From Arenicellales bacterium (GTDB taxonomy: Bacteria > Pseudomonadota > Gammaproteobacteria > Arenicellales > JAJDZL01): a stretch of DNA of 64,000 nucleotides. Below, in pieces: positions 1 to 8,911 of the stretch. Below the pieces are notes generated by a model, which worked only from the letters and a program-made list of their open reading frames with translations, was not told the DNA's origin and searched no databases. Position 1 is the stretch's first letter, and the number at the start of each line of letters is the position of its first letter. Position numbers and translations under genes: made by a program. The stretch is taken from assembly GCA_965214615.1 (NCBI GenBank), contig OZ243952.1, forward strand, positions 2,238,822 through 2,302,821. Direction: 5' to 3'.

Positions 1-1250
1 GCCGCCCCGTAGCCCAGGCAGTTGACAAATTTGCTCGAAGCGAACATTCGATGCTGCAATTCGGCAAAGGCATTGAATCGATCCTGCTCGCCGCATATGG
101 CTTCGGCAATTATCTTGCCTGCAATACCTGTCAATGCCACTCCATGCCCGGAAAACCCTTGCGCATAGTATACCTGCTGACGTTTCGATCCGATTGCAGG
201 CAGTCTTGAATAGGTGATTGCAATCCGTCCTCCCCAGCAATAATCAATTCGCGCATCGCTCAATTCGGGATACAGGGATACCATTCTAGGGCGAACCTTT
301 GCTTCGATTTGCGATTCGTCAAGTTCGGTTAAATGCGACTCGCCGGCTCCGAACAGCATGCGCCGGTCCGCTGACAGGCGGTAGTAGTCCAGATCTGCGC
401 GCGAGTCATGGACCGCGACATCGTCTGCATTGATCGTCCTTGCAAGCTCTTCGTCCAGTGGCTCCGTGGCGATGATATAGCTGTAGATCGGCAGGACAAG
501 TCTTGCGATTGCGCTGTCCAATGCGTCAAGGTAGCCGTTGCAGGCAATAACCAGAATCGAAGCCCGCACGCTGGCGCCACCCGACGTGTGAACGATCATG
601 CTGTCGGACTGATTGCTGAACGATGTCGCTGCGGTTTGTTCATAGATTCGCCCGCCGCCTTGCGTGAACGCTGCCGCCAGGCCGATTGCGTAGTTCAAGG
701 GGTGAATATGCGCCGCATCGGTATCAAGCTTTCCGCCGCGATAGCCCCGCTGTCCCAGGATGCTCTGGATTTGCCGACGATCAACGTAGTGGATCGAATC
801 GCACAGATAACGGCTCTGAAGATGTTCGACCTGCTTCTCGTAGGCGCGCGCATCGCTCGATGTCACAGCGACTCCGAGCACCCCGGGCTTGTAGTCGCAG
901 TCTATTGCATGGCGGTCAATGCGATTGCGCACTTCAGCCTTGGCCTCCTCGCACATATCCCAGAGCAGCTTAGCCCGCGCCCAGCCGTATTCACGTTCGA
1001 TTTCAAACTGAGACTGATTCAATCCAGTGCCAACCTGTCCGCCGTTTCTTCCTGATGCCCCCCATGCGGTTCGACGCGATTCAAGTACGACGACATCGCA
1101 GCCTCGTTCTGCAAGATTCAAGGCGGTTGACAATCCCGTAAACCCGCCGCCGATCACACATACGTCGCAATCGATTGATTCATCGAGCGAGGGATGGCTT
1201 GTCAAGCCCTTTGCGGTTGCAGAGTAGTAGGATCTGACGTGCTCGGACAT
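1..1250 (-). CDS. puuB: FAD-dependent oxidoreductase, gamma-glutamylputrescine oxidase-like (3' end runs off the window)
   Basis: Not in the ORF track because it is open at the edge. Translated by hand from ATG 1250: MSEHVRSYYSATA...DVCVIGGGFTGLSTALNLAERG...GASGRNGGQ, with C-terminal YYAQGFSGHGV. Lies directly downstream of the puuA-like gene. Confidence 0.85.
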   Translation of the reverse strand, partial: MSEHVRSYYSATAKGLTSHPSLDESIDCDVCVIGGGFTGLSTALNLAERGCDVVVLESRRTAWGASGRNGGQVGTGLNQSQFEIEREYGWARAKLLWDMCEEAKAEVRNRIDRHAIDCDYKPGVLGVAVTSSDARAYEKQVEHLQSRYLCDSIHYVDRRQIQSILGQRGYRGGKLDTDAAHIHPLNYAIGLAAAFTQGGGRIYEQTAATSFSNQSDSMIVHTSGGASVRASILVIACNGYLDALDSAIARLVLPIYSYIIATEPLDEELARTINADDVAVHDSRADLDYYRLSADRRMLFGAGESHLTELDESQIEAKVRPRMVSLYPELSDARIDYCWGGRIAITYSRLPAIGSKRQQVYYAQGFSGHGVALTGIAGKIIAEAICGEQDRFNAFAELQHRMFASSKFVNCLGYGA

Positions 1251-1282
1251 CGGCTAACGACCTTTGAGCGAATTGGTCCTGC

Positions 1283-2677
1283 CTACAGATACCATTGATA
1301 CTCGCGGTCTGATATCTTTTGATGAAATTCGGCCATTTCTCCGCGTTTCAATTCATAGTAGAGCTTGAAATACTCATCCGTAAGGTATTGTCTTGCAAAG
1401 CTTGATTCGGCAAAACGATCCAGCGCATCCGGCCAGTTCAACGGCCACGTTCTATCGACATTGCCGCTTTCGTTGACTAGGCTGCTCGGTGCTCCGGGGT
1501 CGATTCGATTCTCAATCCCATGGTGAACTCCTGCCAATATCGCAGCCAAAACCAGATAGGGATTGGCATCGGCGCCCGAGACGCGATGCTCCAGTCGACG
1601 CGCCTTGTCATCTCCCCCCGGTATTCGTACTGCCAGTGAGCGATTATTGACACCCCACGACGGATTAACAGGAACGAAGATGTCCGGCACAAACCGCCGG
1701 TAGGCATTGATGTTGGCCGCAAATATTGCGAGCATGTCGGGAATCGTCTGCACCAGTCCGCCGATGGCGTAGCGCAGCATGTCGCTGCCGAGGCTGGTTT
1801 GTCCTGCGAAGACATTGTTGCCGGAACTGTCAGACAGGCTCATATGCACATGCATACCGCTGCCGGCGTGGTCCTTGAATGGCTTGGACATGAAGGTGGC
1901 GCGCATGTTGTGCTTTTTCGCCGATTCTTCAATGACTCTTTTCAGCAAAACGCAATGGTCAGCTGCAGCAAGCGGATCATCCACATGCCTAAGGTTGATT
2001 TCGTACTGCGATGGCGCGAATTCGCTGGTCATTACCGAAGCGGGAATTTGCTGGACTTCGCAGGCGGCGCGGACGCTCTCAAGAAATTCAAACCGTTCAT
2101 CAAGATCTTCCAGGGAATACACCTGAATTTCATCTTCAACAGCCAAAGACGATCCTTGGTTCGGAATCCTAGGCGCACCGTTTGCGGCCAGTTTGGAATC
2201 CGCAAGATAGAACTCAAGCTCGAATGCGATGTTTGCCGTCAAGCCCAGCGAATTGAATGTGTCGACTACGCGGCCGGCAACGTTTCTCGGGTCGGTTCCG
2301 CAAAGGTTTCCAGCATCGTCGTAGAGTCGTGTGAGCACCTGCGCTGTAGGAATATCATACCAGGGCACGATGTGGGTGCGCTGCGGTATCGGAAACAATG
2401 TCCCATCCGGATCTCCGTCGTCAAACCCGCGCCCGCATGGATCCGAACTGCTGCCATCGACATTGAGCAAATAGGTGCTCTCGGGAATCTGCACTCCCGA
2501 CGTATAGACTTTTTCGGCGTCTGCGATCGGTATTCTCTTTCCACGGATTCGGGCGCAACTGTCTGCTGTGATGACATCCAGATAGCGGACCTGCGGATGC
2601 ATCTTCATCAAACTGTGAAACTCCATTTCCGGAGCTGATTCAGGACTTGCGTTCATCGGATTGCTGTGCGCCTGCAC
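1283..2677 (-). CDS. puuA: Glutamine synthetase family protein, gamma-glutamylputrescine synthetase-like
   Basis: Motifs RGKRIP, DGDPDG, FELEFYL, SEFAPSQYEINL, GSGMHVHMS, WGVNNRS, RLEHRVSGADANPYL; adjacent to the puuB-like gene. Confidence 0.8.
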   Translation of the reverse strand: MQAHSNPMNASPESAPEMEFHSLMKMHPQVRYLDVITADSCARIRGKRIPIADAEKVYTSGVQIPESTYLLNVDGSSSDPCGRGFDDGDPDGTLFPIPQRTHIVPWYDIPTAQVLTRLYDDAGNLCGTDPRNVAGRVVDTFNSLGLTANIAFELEFYLADSKLAANGAPRIPNQGSSLAVEDEIQVYSLEDLDERFEFLESVRAACEVQQIPASVMTSEFAPSQYEINLRHVDDPLAAADHCVLLKRVIEESAKKHNMRATFMSKPFKDHAGSGMHVHMSLSDSSGNNVFAGQTSLGSDMLRYAIGGLVQTIPDMLAIFAANINAYRRFVPDIFVPVNPSWGVNNRSLAVRIPGGDDKARRLEHRVSGADANPYLVLAAILAGVHHGIENRIDPGAPSSLVNESGNVDRTWPLNWPDALDRFAESSFARQYLTDEYFKLYYELKRGEMAEFHQKISDREYQWYL

Positions 2678-2756
2678 GCACTCTTGATTTTTTTCAGATA
2701 TGAATTGATGCTCGGCGAAGAGGATTATCTTACGACCATGGTAGGGGAATTATCGC

Positions 2757-3119
2757 ATGCCCGGACAATTTTGGCATACAACTGCCTTCAAGGCAGTGCA
2801 TATTGACGTCATTGCGGACGCCGTTCTCGAAACTGCCTTCAAACGCATTTCACGGTTGGACAAATATGAATGGAATCGATGGGCATTCTTTCCAAATGGC
2901 CTCGAATCAGTAGATGCGTTTGAGGAGTTTTCCGTCCTAGGCAAAGCCCTGCGGGCAAAACGGGCGAGACTTGGAATCAGATTCTGCAAGCTACGTCGGC
3001 AAATGTATCGACGTTTGATACGGCCTGAAGCAGACCGGGAAGCGCCTTATCACACCAAGGTCATGCAGTGCCGCCGATCCCTCAAGGCCTTCGAGAACAA
3101 GCATGTTGTTGCCGACTGA
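2757..3119 (+). CDS. Hypothetical protein (120 aa)
   Basis: Only sizeable ORF between puuA and the Cache gene; purine-rich GGGGA upstream; no recognisable motif. Confidence 0.3.
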   Translation: MPGQFWHTTAFKAVHIDVIADAVLETAFKRISRLDKYEWNRWAFFPNGLESVDAFEEFSVLGKALRAKRARLGIRFCKLRRQMYRRLIRPEADREAPYHTKVMQCRRSLKAFENKHVVAD

Positions 3120-3147
3120 CAAACTCCCTGTTGACAACTCTGCCTGT

Positions 3148-3627
3148 TCAATACCTGTAGACGCCGCATCCGAATATGAAGCCTTCGTGCCGAACCACCC
3201 AGGAAAGCTTGTCTATGGACTCGCCAGGGACAGTCGTCTGCGATCCGTAATTCACCCAGGCACCTGATGGACTTACTCCGTCGAGTATCGCATTGCCGAT
3301 GTTCAGCCCGTTCGGGTCTATGAGCAGGCGTACGTCCGTCCCGACTATTGAAGGAACCCCCGCGTGAGCCACTATTGTGGCATCATTCGCGCTCAAGACA
3401 AAAATATACAGATCCTTGTGTTTGAACTTCGGTGCAGGATTTTCGTTAAAGCGTTCGAAAGCAGATTCAGCCCCTTCGGAATCAAACAACTCAATCGCCT
3501 GAGATACCATCAACTGGGCCTCATGGAGCGAACCGCGTTCATCCTCGTCCTCTGCAGCGACAGCGACTGCGGCAAACAATAACATCGCGACGGTGGACGT
3601 CAATCGGAAAATAGACAATTCTTGCAT
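3148..3627 (-). CDS. Stand-alone single Cache domain protein, probably exported
   Basis: Signal-peptide-like AMLLFAAVAVAA, then AFERFN...FKHKDLYIFVL...IVAHA...DPNG...WVNY...KLSWV...FIFGCGVY, typical of single-Cache sensors. Start moved from 3822 to ATG 3627 because the upstream extension lies in the Rpn 3' repeat. Confidence 0.75.
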   Translation of the reverse strand: MQELSIFRLTSTVAMLLFAAVAVAAEDEDERGSLHEAQLMVSQAIELFDSEGAESAFERFNENPAPKFKHKDLYIFVLSANDATIVAHAGVPSIVGTDVRLLIDPNGLNIGNAILDGVSPSGAWVNYGSQTTVPGESIDKLSWVVRHEGFIFGCGVYRY

Positions 3628-3730
3628 TGAACACATACTCTGCGATTTTCGATGGCACTTCAAATCTGTAATGTCAAACTTTGAATCAAAACGTATTTTT
3701 CTGATCGCTGTCAGCTGATCGGCGATTCCA

Positions 3731-4762
3731 CTTGCGGACTTGTGCTGCAGATTTCTAAAATCCGCCAACATGCCTGACCTTGATGCGAAGACTTGTACTC
3801 CGGTCAGCGAAGGAACAGTCACGAACGAATACCGCAGCAGTTATTCGGAATCTCGCTCTTCAACGATTAATCTGAGCTGTTCTTCATCCAGGTCAAAATA
3901 TTTTCGGACAAATCGTTCGTCGACCCCGTCTTGCAGCATACGTTTCGCTAAATCGTGCCTTGCTTCCTGACGGCCTTCCTGCCAACCTTCCTGCCAACCT
4001 TCCTGCCTGAGTCGCTCTATGCTACTCAATGCCATTTCTGCCATCTTGCTTTCTCCTGTTTCATGCAGTTCAAGTTGCGTCCATCACTCATTTTTAGGGG
4101 CTCATGGTGGCTCTCCAGATTTCCAAACTCTGCCGCCCGAATTTCGTCATATTCGACTTATCTGAGCAACTTGCCTTTCGAATCAGCATGAACCGCAAAG
4201 CGTTCTTTCAGCCGGCCGCTTGAGTCAACTCCATGTCGAGTCGATAATGCGTGGCGGGAAACTCAATTCGGACAAAATTTGATGCGCAAAGTTGCCAACG
4301 CTCTCGAGCGCTAAATCGATACGCTGCAATTTGACACACTCGCACGCGAGCCAATAAACTTACGATCTTGTCAGATTCGTCTTGTAGGCTTGCGCTGCAG
4401 ATTTCTAAAATCCGCCAACATGCCTGACCTTGATGCGAAGACTTGCACCCCGGTCAACGAAGGAACAGTCAAGAACGAATACCGCAGCAGTTATTCGGAA
4501 TCTCGCTCTTCAACGATTAATCTGAGCTGTTCTTCATCCAGGTCAAAATATTTTCGGACAAATCGTTCGTCGACCCCGTCTTGCAGCATACGTTTCGCTA
4601 AATCGTGCCTTGCTTCCTGACGGCCTTCCTGCCAACCTTCCTGCCAACCTTCCTGCCTGAGTCGCTCTATGCTACTCAATGCCATTTCTGCCATCTTGCT
4701 TTCTCCTGTTTCATGCAGTTCAAGTTGCGTCCACCACTCCATTGTAAGACGCTCATGGTGGT
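3731..4762. repeat. Direct repeat, 650-bp period (about 3731-4112 vs 4381-4762); core 3823-4083 identical to 4473-4733
   Basis: Direct line-by-line comparison: 261 bp identical, scattered mismatches in 3731-3822, and rapidly decaying similarity beyond 4084. Confidence 0.97.
3841..4044 (-). CDS. Stand-alone copy of the Rpn C-terminal small protein (RpnS-like, 67 aa)
   Basis: Identical to the last 67 aa of the Rpn at 4491-5456; AGGAG Shine-Dalgarno 8 nt upstream of ATG 4044; QEGW repeats. Confidence 0.75.
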   Translation of the reverse strand: MAEMALSSIERLRQEGWQEGWQEGRQEARHDLAKRMLQDGVDERFVRKYFDLDEEQLRLIVEERDSE

Positions 4763-5456
4763 ATTTCAAATAGTCGACAACAGGCACCCATATCTGGCCG
4801 ATCTCCGCTTCGCTAAACAGGCTGCTCTTGCGAATCAGATTCAAACCTATCTCACGGTCGATCTCACCGTACACCACCCCCATCGCATACAGTCCCGCCG
4901 CAACCGGCGCATCCGACTCCAGCAACCTTTGCTGCACCTTGGAATCCTGCAAATTCACGACAATCGCATCAAACTGGTTGACATTGGCTCCGTATGTGCG
5001 CCAGAACACTTCGCCCGGGTCTTCAAGCCAGTCTCGAAACCTCATCGTGCTCCCGCCTCGCCATGTGGCGCCGTTGTTGACGATCAGTGTGACCACAGGC
5101 TCGCGGCTGAGCGCATACAGCCCGCTCTGATATCGAAGCACCTGTCGAAAAATGTCGCCGTAGCGTATCGTGCTCTTGTGCTCTACGAGAAAGCGAAATC
5201 TTACCGCCGCTGAAGATGCAGACGACTTCAACGGCACCCGGATCACCGCGTCGGCGTCCTGCAATGACTTGTTCGGCGCCTTGCTTCGAGTCACCTGAAG
5301 CTCGGCGCGATCCGCGTCGATTACGGACCATTGCTCTTCGCTCAAGGTCAAGCGCAACGCCTCGATTGCGCCGCGCGTGGACGAAATCACCTGGCTGAAC
5401 ATCCAGTCGTGGTCGTGTCTCTCGGAATCTTTATTCTTATCTTTCGGGTCTGCCAT
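4491..5456 (-). CDS. Rpn family recombination-promoting nuclease / putative transposase (YhgA-like, PD-(D/E)XK)
   Basis: N-terminal HD..F, DADAVIRV...FLVEHKS nuclease motif, RQVLRYQ, PVVTLIVNNG...W, C-terminal QEGWQEGWQEGRQE repeats. AAGGAG RBS before ATG 5456. Confidence 0.85.
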   Translation of the reverse strand: MADPKDKNKDSERHDHDWMFSQVISSTRGAIEALRLTLSEEQWSVIDADRAELQVTRSKAPNKSLQDADAVIRVPLKSSASSAAVRFRFLVEHKSTIRYGDIFRQVLRYQSGLYALSREPVVTLIVNNGATWRGGSTMRFRDWLEDPGEVFWRTYGANVNQFDAIVVNLQDSKVQQRLLESDAPVAAGLYAMGVVYGEIDREIGLNLIRKSSLFSEAEIGQIWVPVVDYLKYHHERLTMEWWTQLELHETGESKMAEMALSSIERLRQEGWQEGWQEGRQEARHDLAKRMLQDGVDERFVRKYFDLDEEQLRLIVEERDSE

Positions 5457-6037
5457 GCTGCGCTCCTTTTCTATTGCCAATACATTCCTCACCCGCATCC
5501 AGCAGCTCGCCGACCGCGATTGAATGTCGCAATATTAACACGAGACCGAGGTGACCTCAAATGCTGCATAACAACTATTTTCGCGGTGCCAACTGCGCTG
5601 CCGAGTGCGGCTTGCAGCAGCGAGCCTTTACATGAACGACGTGCACATCCGCGATTCGAATAGCGAATATCAACACGGTTCCGGCTGACTGGTGCCGATT
5701 CGGCGGCCGTGTCAAGAACCTATGCGTATGCAACGCATGTTCGAACTGATCAACATGCGCCCATGGCGTTTGTCTTATGCGCTGAAAGCCAATGCTAAGA
5801 TTAGGGGCACCGCTTCGCTTACAACACCAATCTTGACACTCCAAGACTTGCCATCATTTAAATTGGTGCGCAACCGTGTTTAAGTATAATTCTGCAAACC
5901 GCAGCAAATGACAGCGAAAATGACATTCGTGCTCTGTGACCGCCTGCCATGTTCGCGTTCAGTAGCGTCGGCAAGCAATGCACAGCAAGCATAGCCACTA
6001 AAACCACCACATTTTGCATTCAATCGGAGACATCGAC

Positions 6038-6517
6038 ATGACCCTATCCGTAGGAGACAGGATTCCTAGCGTCACTTTGCATATCCTTGGCGACAATGGA
6101 CCGAGCGCCGTAACCACAGAAGAAATATTTAAAGGAAAAAAGGTGGTTCTGTTCGCTCTGCCAGGAGCGTTCACCCCGACATGCACCAAGGCCCACCTGC
6201 CAGGGTACGTTGTCAAGGCGGACGAGTTCTTCGAAAAAGGAGTCGATACCATCGCCTGCCTGTCGGTAAACGACCCTTTCGTCATGAACGCCTGGAGCGA
6301 GCAGCAAAACGCTGAAAAACTCCTCATGCTCGCAGACGGAAACGCGAACTTTACTCAAGCAGTCGGCCTATCCCTGGATCTGTCCGCTGCAGGACTCGGC
6401 ATTCGCGCAGGCCGCTATGCGATGATCGTAGAAGACGGAGTCGTCAAAGCACTGAATGTTGAAGAAAAAACCGAACTCAAAGTCAGCGACGCAGACACCG
6501 TGCTCGCCCTGCTGTAA
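6038..6517 (+). CDS. Peroxiredoxin (Prx5/Redoxin family)
   Basis: FALPGAFTPTC peroxidatic motif, SVNDPFVM, LADGN; GGAG RBS before ATG 6038. Confidence 0.93.
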   Translation: MTLSVGDRIPSVTLHILGDNGPSAVTTEEIFKGKKVVLFALPGAFTPTCTKAHLPGYVVKADEFFEKGVDTIACLSVNDPFVMNAWSEQQNAEKLLMLADGNANFTQAVGLSLDLSAAGLGIRAGRYAMIVEDGVVKALNVEEKTELKVSDADTVLALL

Positions 6518-6537
6518 AACCGGGCGCGCAGATCAAT

Positions 6538-7509
6538 TCAGATTGCGCCTCGCTGGTCGGCGCGTGCGCCGATCACCTGCACAGTTCGCGCAGCAGTGAC
6601 CGACCCGATGCGCATGCACTCCGGAATCGGCTTGCCGCGCGTCATTGCATACAGGAAACCGCCGGCGTAGGCATCGCCCGCGCCTGTGGTATCCACTGCC
6701 GTCTTCACCTTGACTGCGCTGCACGAATACTCCTCGCCATTGACCACGGCAATCGACCCTTGCGCTCCGCAGGTAATCACACAAAGGTCAACGCGGTCTC
6801 TGAGGGCTTCTACGGATTCCGCCAAGGTCGCAGATTGGTAGAGATTTGCCGCTTCATCCTCATTTGCGATGACGATATCCGCATGCGTTTCAACAAAATG
6901 CTGCAGCGCCGGACGGTGACGGTCAACTAGCAGCGCATCTGAAAGCGTAACCGCTATCCGCGTGCCGCTTGCGCGCGCATCGCCCGCCACATCCCCTATC
7001 AACTCTACTGAATGCGGAGAATCCCACAAGTAGCCCTCGATCAGCACCGCAGACGCCTCGCGCAACGACGGTGCATCAAGGTCGTCCCGAGTCAATCGGG
7101 TCGTCGCGCCAAGATAGGTGCAAAACGTCCTTTGAGCGTCAGGAGTCACGAAAATGTAGCTTTGAGCTGTCGGAACGCCGGATTGCAGCCTTGGCGTCCT
7201 GTATGCCACCGACGCGTCGCCTAGATCTTCTGCAAACTTGTCTCCAAGCGCGTCATCGGCCACCTTTCCGATGAACTGACAGCGTGCCCCCAGTTCGGCG
7301 CAGCAAAACATCGTGTTTGCAACGGACCCTCCGGAAACACGTTCGACGCGGCGATACTCTGATTGCAGTCTTGCAGCTTCATCTGGCTCGATCAATGTCA
7401 TCGAGCCGGGAACCAGCCCCATGGCGGCGAACGCGTCATCATCGATCAGCGCGATGCAATCGACAATGGCGTTGCCGATCCCCAGAATCTCTATCGATTC
7501 GCTGCTCAA
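6538..7509 (-). CDS. PfkB family carbohydrate/adenosine kinase
   Basis: GNAIVD, GGSVANT, ANEDEA, DTTGAGDAYAGGF PfkB signature. Confidence 0.9.
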   Translation of the reverse strand: MSSESIEILGIGNAIVDCIALIDDDAFAAMGLVPGSMTLIEPDEAARLQSEYRRVERVSGGSVANTMFCCAELGARCQFIGKVADDALGDKFAEDLGDASVAYRTPRLQSGVPTAQSYIFVTPDAQRTFCTYLGATTRLTRDDLDAPSLREASAVLIEGYLWDSPHSVELIGDVAGDARASGTRIAVTLSDALLVDRHRPALQHFVETHADIVIANEDEAANLYQSATLAESVEALRDRVDLCVITCGAQGSIAVVNGEEYSCSAVKVKTAVDTTGAGDAYAGGFLYAMTRGKPIPECMRIGSVTAARTVQVIGARADQRGAI

Positions 7510-8244
7510 GACCGGTTGGCGCTTTGCATCATCGAATGGAGCAAAACATTGGCGCCTGCCTGAGCCGCTTCAAATGAAGTGTTTTCCACTTCGCTATGAC
7601 TGATGCCGTCGTCGCAAGGGATAAAAATCATCGCTACTGGCGACACCTGGGCGATGTAAACCGAGTCATGCGCCGCTCCGCTGACCATGACTTTGCGGGT
7701 CGGAGTCGCCGAGATAACCGATACGGCGCAATTCTTCGCCGATTGTAATCCCGTCGTGATCGGCGCGGCTGTGCCCGTATTCAAGATCGAATGCTCCTGC
7801 GCATACCGCCGAACCGACTGCCGCCGGCGCAAAGCGAGAACCCTCTTCATTGGTCCACACTACAAGCTCAACCGGCAATGCGGTGGAGATGTCGTGATCA
7901 TTGAGCGTGCGAATGACCTCCAGCGCCGCTAAAACGCCGTAGGCGCCATCGAACTTCACTCCTGTCGGCTCGGTGTCCAAATGGCTACCCGACGCAACCG
8001 GTCTGGCGTTCTGATCAGACCCGGGACGGCGAAAATACATGTTTCCCATCGAGTCCACTGTGAGCGAGCAGCCTTCCGCTTCGCACCACCGCGTCAGCAG
8101 TTCGCAGCCCTGCCTGTCTAAATCGGTCAGCGCGAGACGGCATACTCCGCCCTTTTCGGTCGCGCCGATTTGAGCCATGTCCATGAGCGAACGCCAAAGC
8201 CGTTCGCCATTTACTCGAATTTGTGAAAATTCAGACACAATCAA
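7506..8244 (-). pseudogene. M20 Zn-dependent amidohydrolase (allantoate / N-carbamoyl-amino acid amidohydrolase type) with internal deletion and frameshift
   Basis: N-terminal part (7666-8244) has GSHLDT, GVKFDGAYGV and WTNEEGSRF. The C-terminal part MVSGAAHDS...MIFIPCDDGISHSEVE (about 7506-7690) is in a different frame. The whole span is only about 245 codons versus about 410 typical for the family. Confidence 0.8.
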
Positions 8245-8256
8245 TACTTCCCTGAT

Positions 8257-8766
8257 CTAATGAATGGTGTGTTTCTGAATGCGCAACCTGTCAATTCCAT
8301 GGTCTTCTATTTCGTCCCAATACTGTTCCAGAAGTTCAGTGAACAACTGCCTGATCATCGCGTCCTCTAACTCGGCGTCCTTCTTTATCGCCATATCCAG
8401 TTGTTCTCGTGCATCTCGTTCCGCCAACCGCCATGGCAGCAAATCCCAAAATGCTGTCTCTCTGAGTCCTGAAAACACTACATCCTCCGGAAGCGACTCC
8501 ATGCATTCGGGCATTGGAATATAGCTGGACGACTCTTCATCATAGTCGATCAAATTGTCGAATTCCATGTCGCTCGCGTGCGAATATATTTTCTGGCACA
8601 GCCAAAACATACTATGCAGTTTCCCATTCAATTCGTCGCCGGCCCCAATGTCATCGGAACTATAGTCGTCGTCGCGAAAATCTGAACCTAGGAATACGGC
8701 AATATCAACAAGAATCGCCATATCAAGCAAAATGCGAAATTCCTTTCTGCTAAAGACAAAACTCAT
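8257..8766 (-). CDS. Hypothetical acidic protein (169 aa)
   Basis: GGAG RBS upstream; fills the gap co-directionally; no known motif. Confidence 0.65.
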   Translation of the reverse strand: MSFVFSRKEFRILLDMAILVDIAVFLGSDFRDDDYSSDDIGAGDELNGKLHSMFWLCQKIYSHASDMEFDNLIDYDEESSSYIPMPECMESLPEDVVFSGLRETAFWDLLPWRLAERDAREQLDMAIKKDAELEDAMIRQLFTELLEQYWDEIEDHGIDRLRIQKHTIH

Positions 8767-8911
8767 TTTACTAACTCCGGTTTAGTGTCCGACAACAATG
8801 GATCTGCATACTCGTGCGCGCAGCAAATCCGACCCTGAATGCGAATCTCACCGATAGCAGGCACATCGTTCGACCGCATTGACTTCGCGAACCGCGCGGC
8901 AGCGTATGCGA

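Noticed and set aside
408-1055. 215-aa + strand ORF and other short ORFs in 329-1227
   Set aside because: The real gene is the minus-strand puuB-like frame, missing from the track because it runs off the window edge.
3116-3150. Imperfect tandem repeat TGACAAACTCCCTGT / TGACAACTCTGCCTGT between convergent ORFs
   Set aside because: Only two short imperfect units, with no evidence of function.
3731-4762. 650-bp-period repeat considered as a CRISPR array, IS ends or a DGR template/variable repeat pair
   Set aside because: Only two long copies and no spacers. The coding core is identical rather than adenine-mutated, there is no reverse transcriptase in the window, and no terminal inverted repeats or target duplication were seen.
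5575-5883. Possible third degenerate Rpn-tail copy or small ORFs upstream of Rpn #1
   Set aside because: Short matches to the repeat occur at inconsistent offsets, and the ORFs lack an RBS and motifs.
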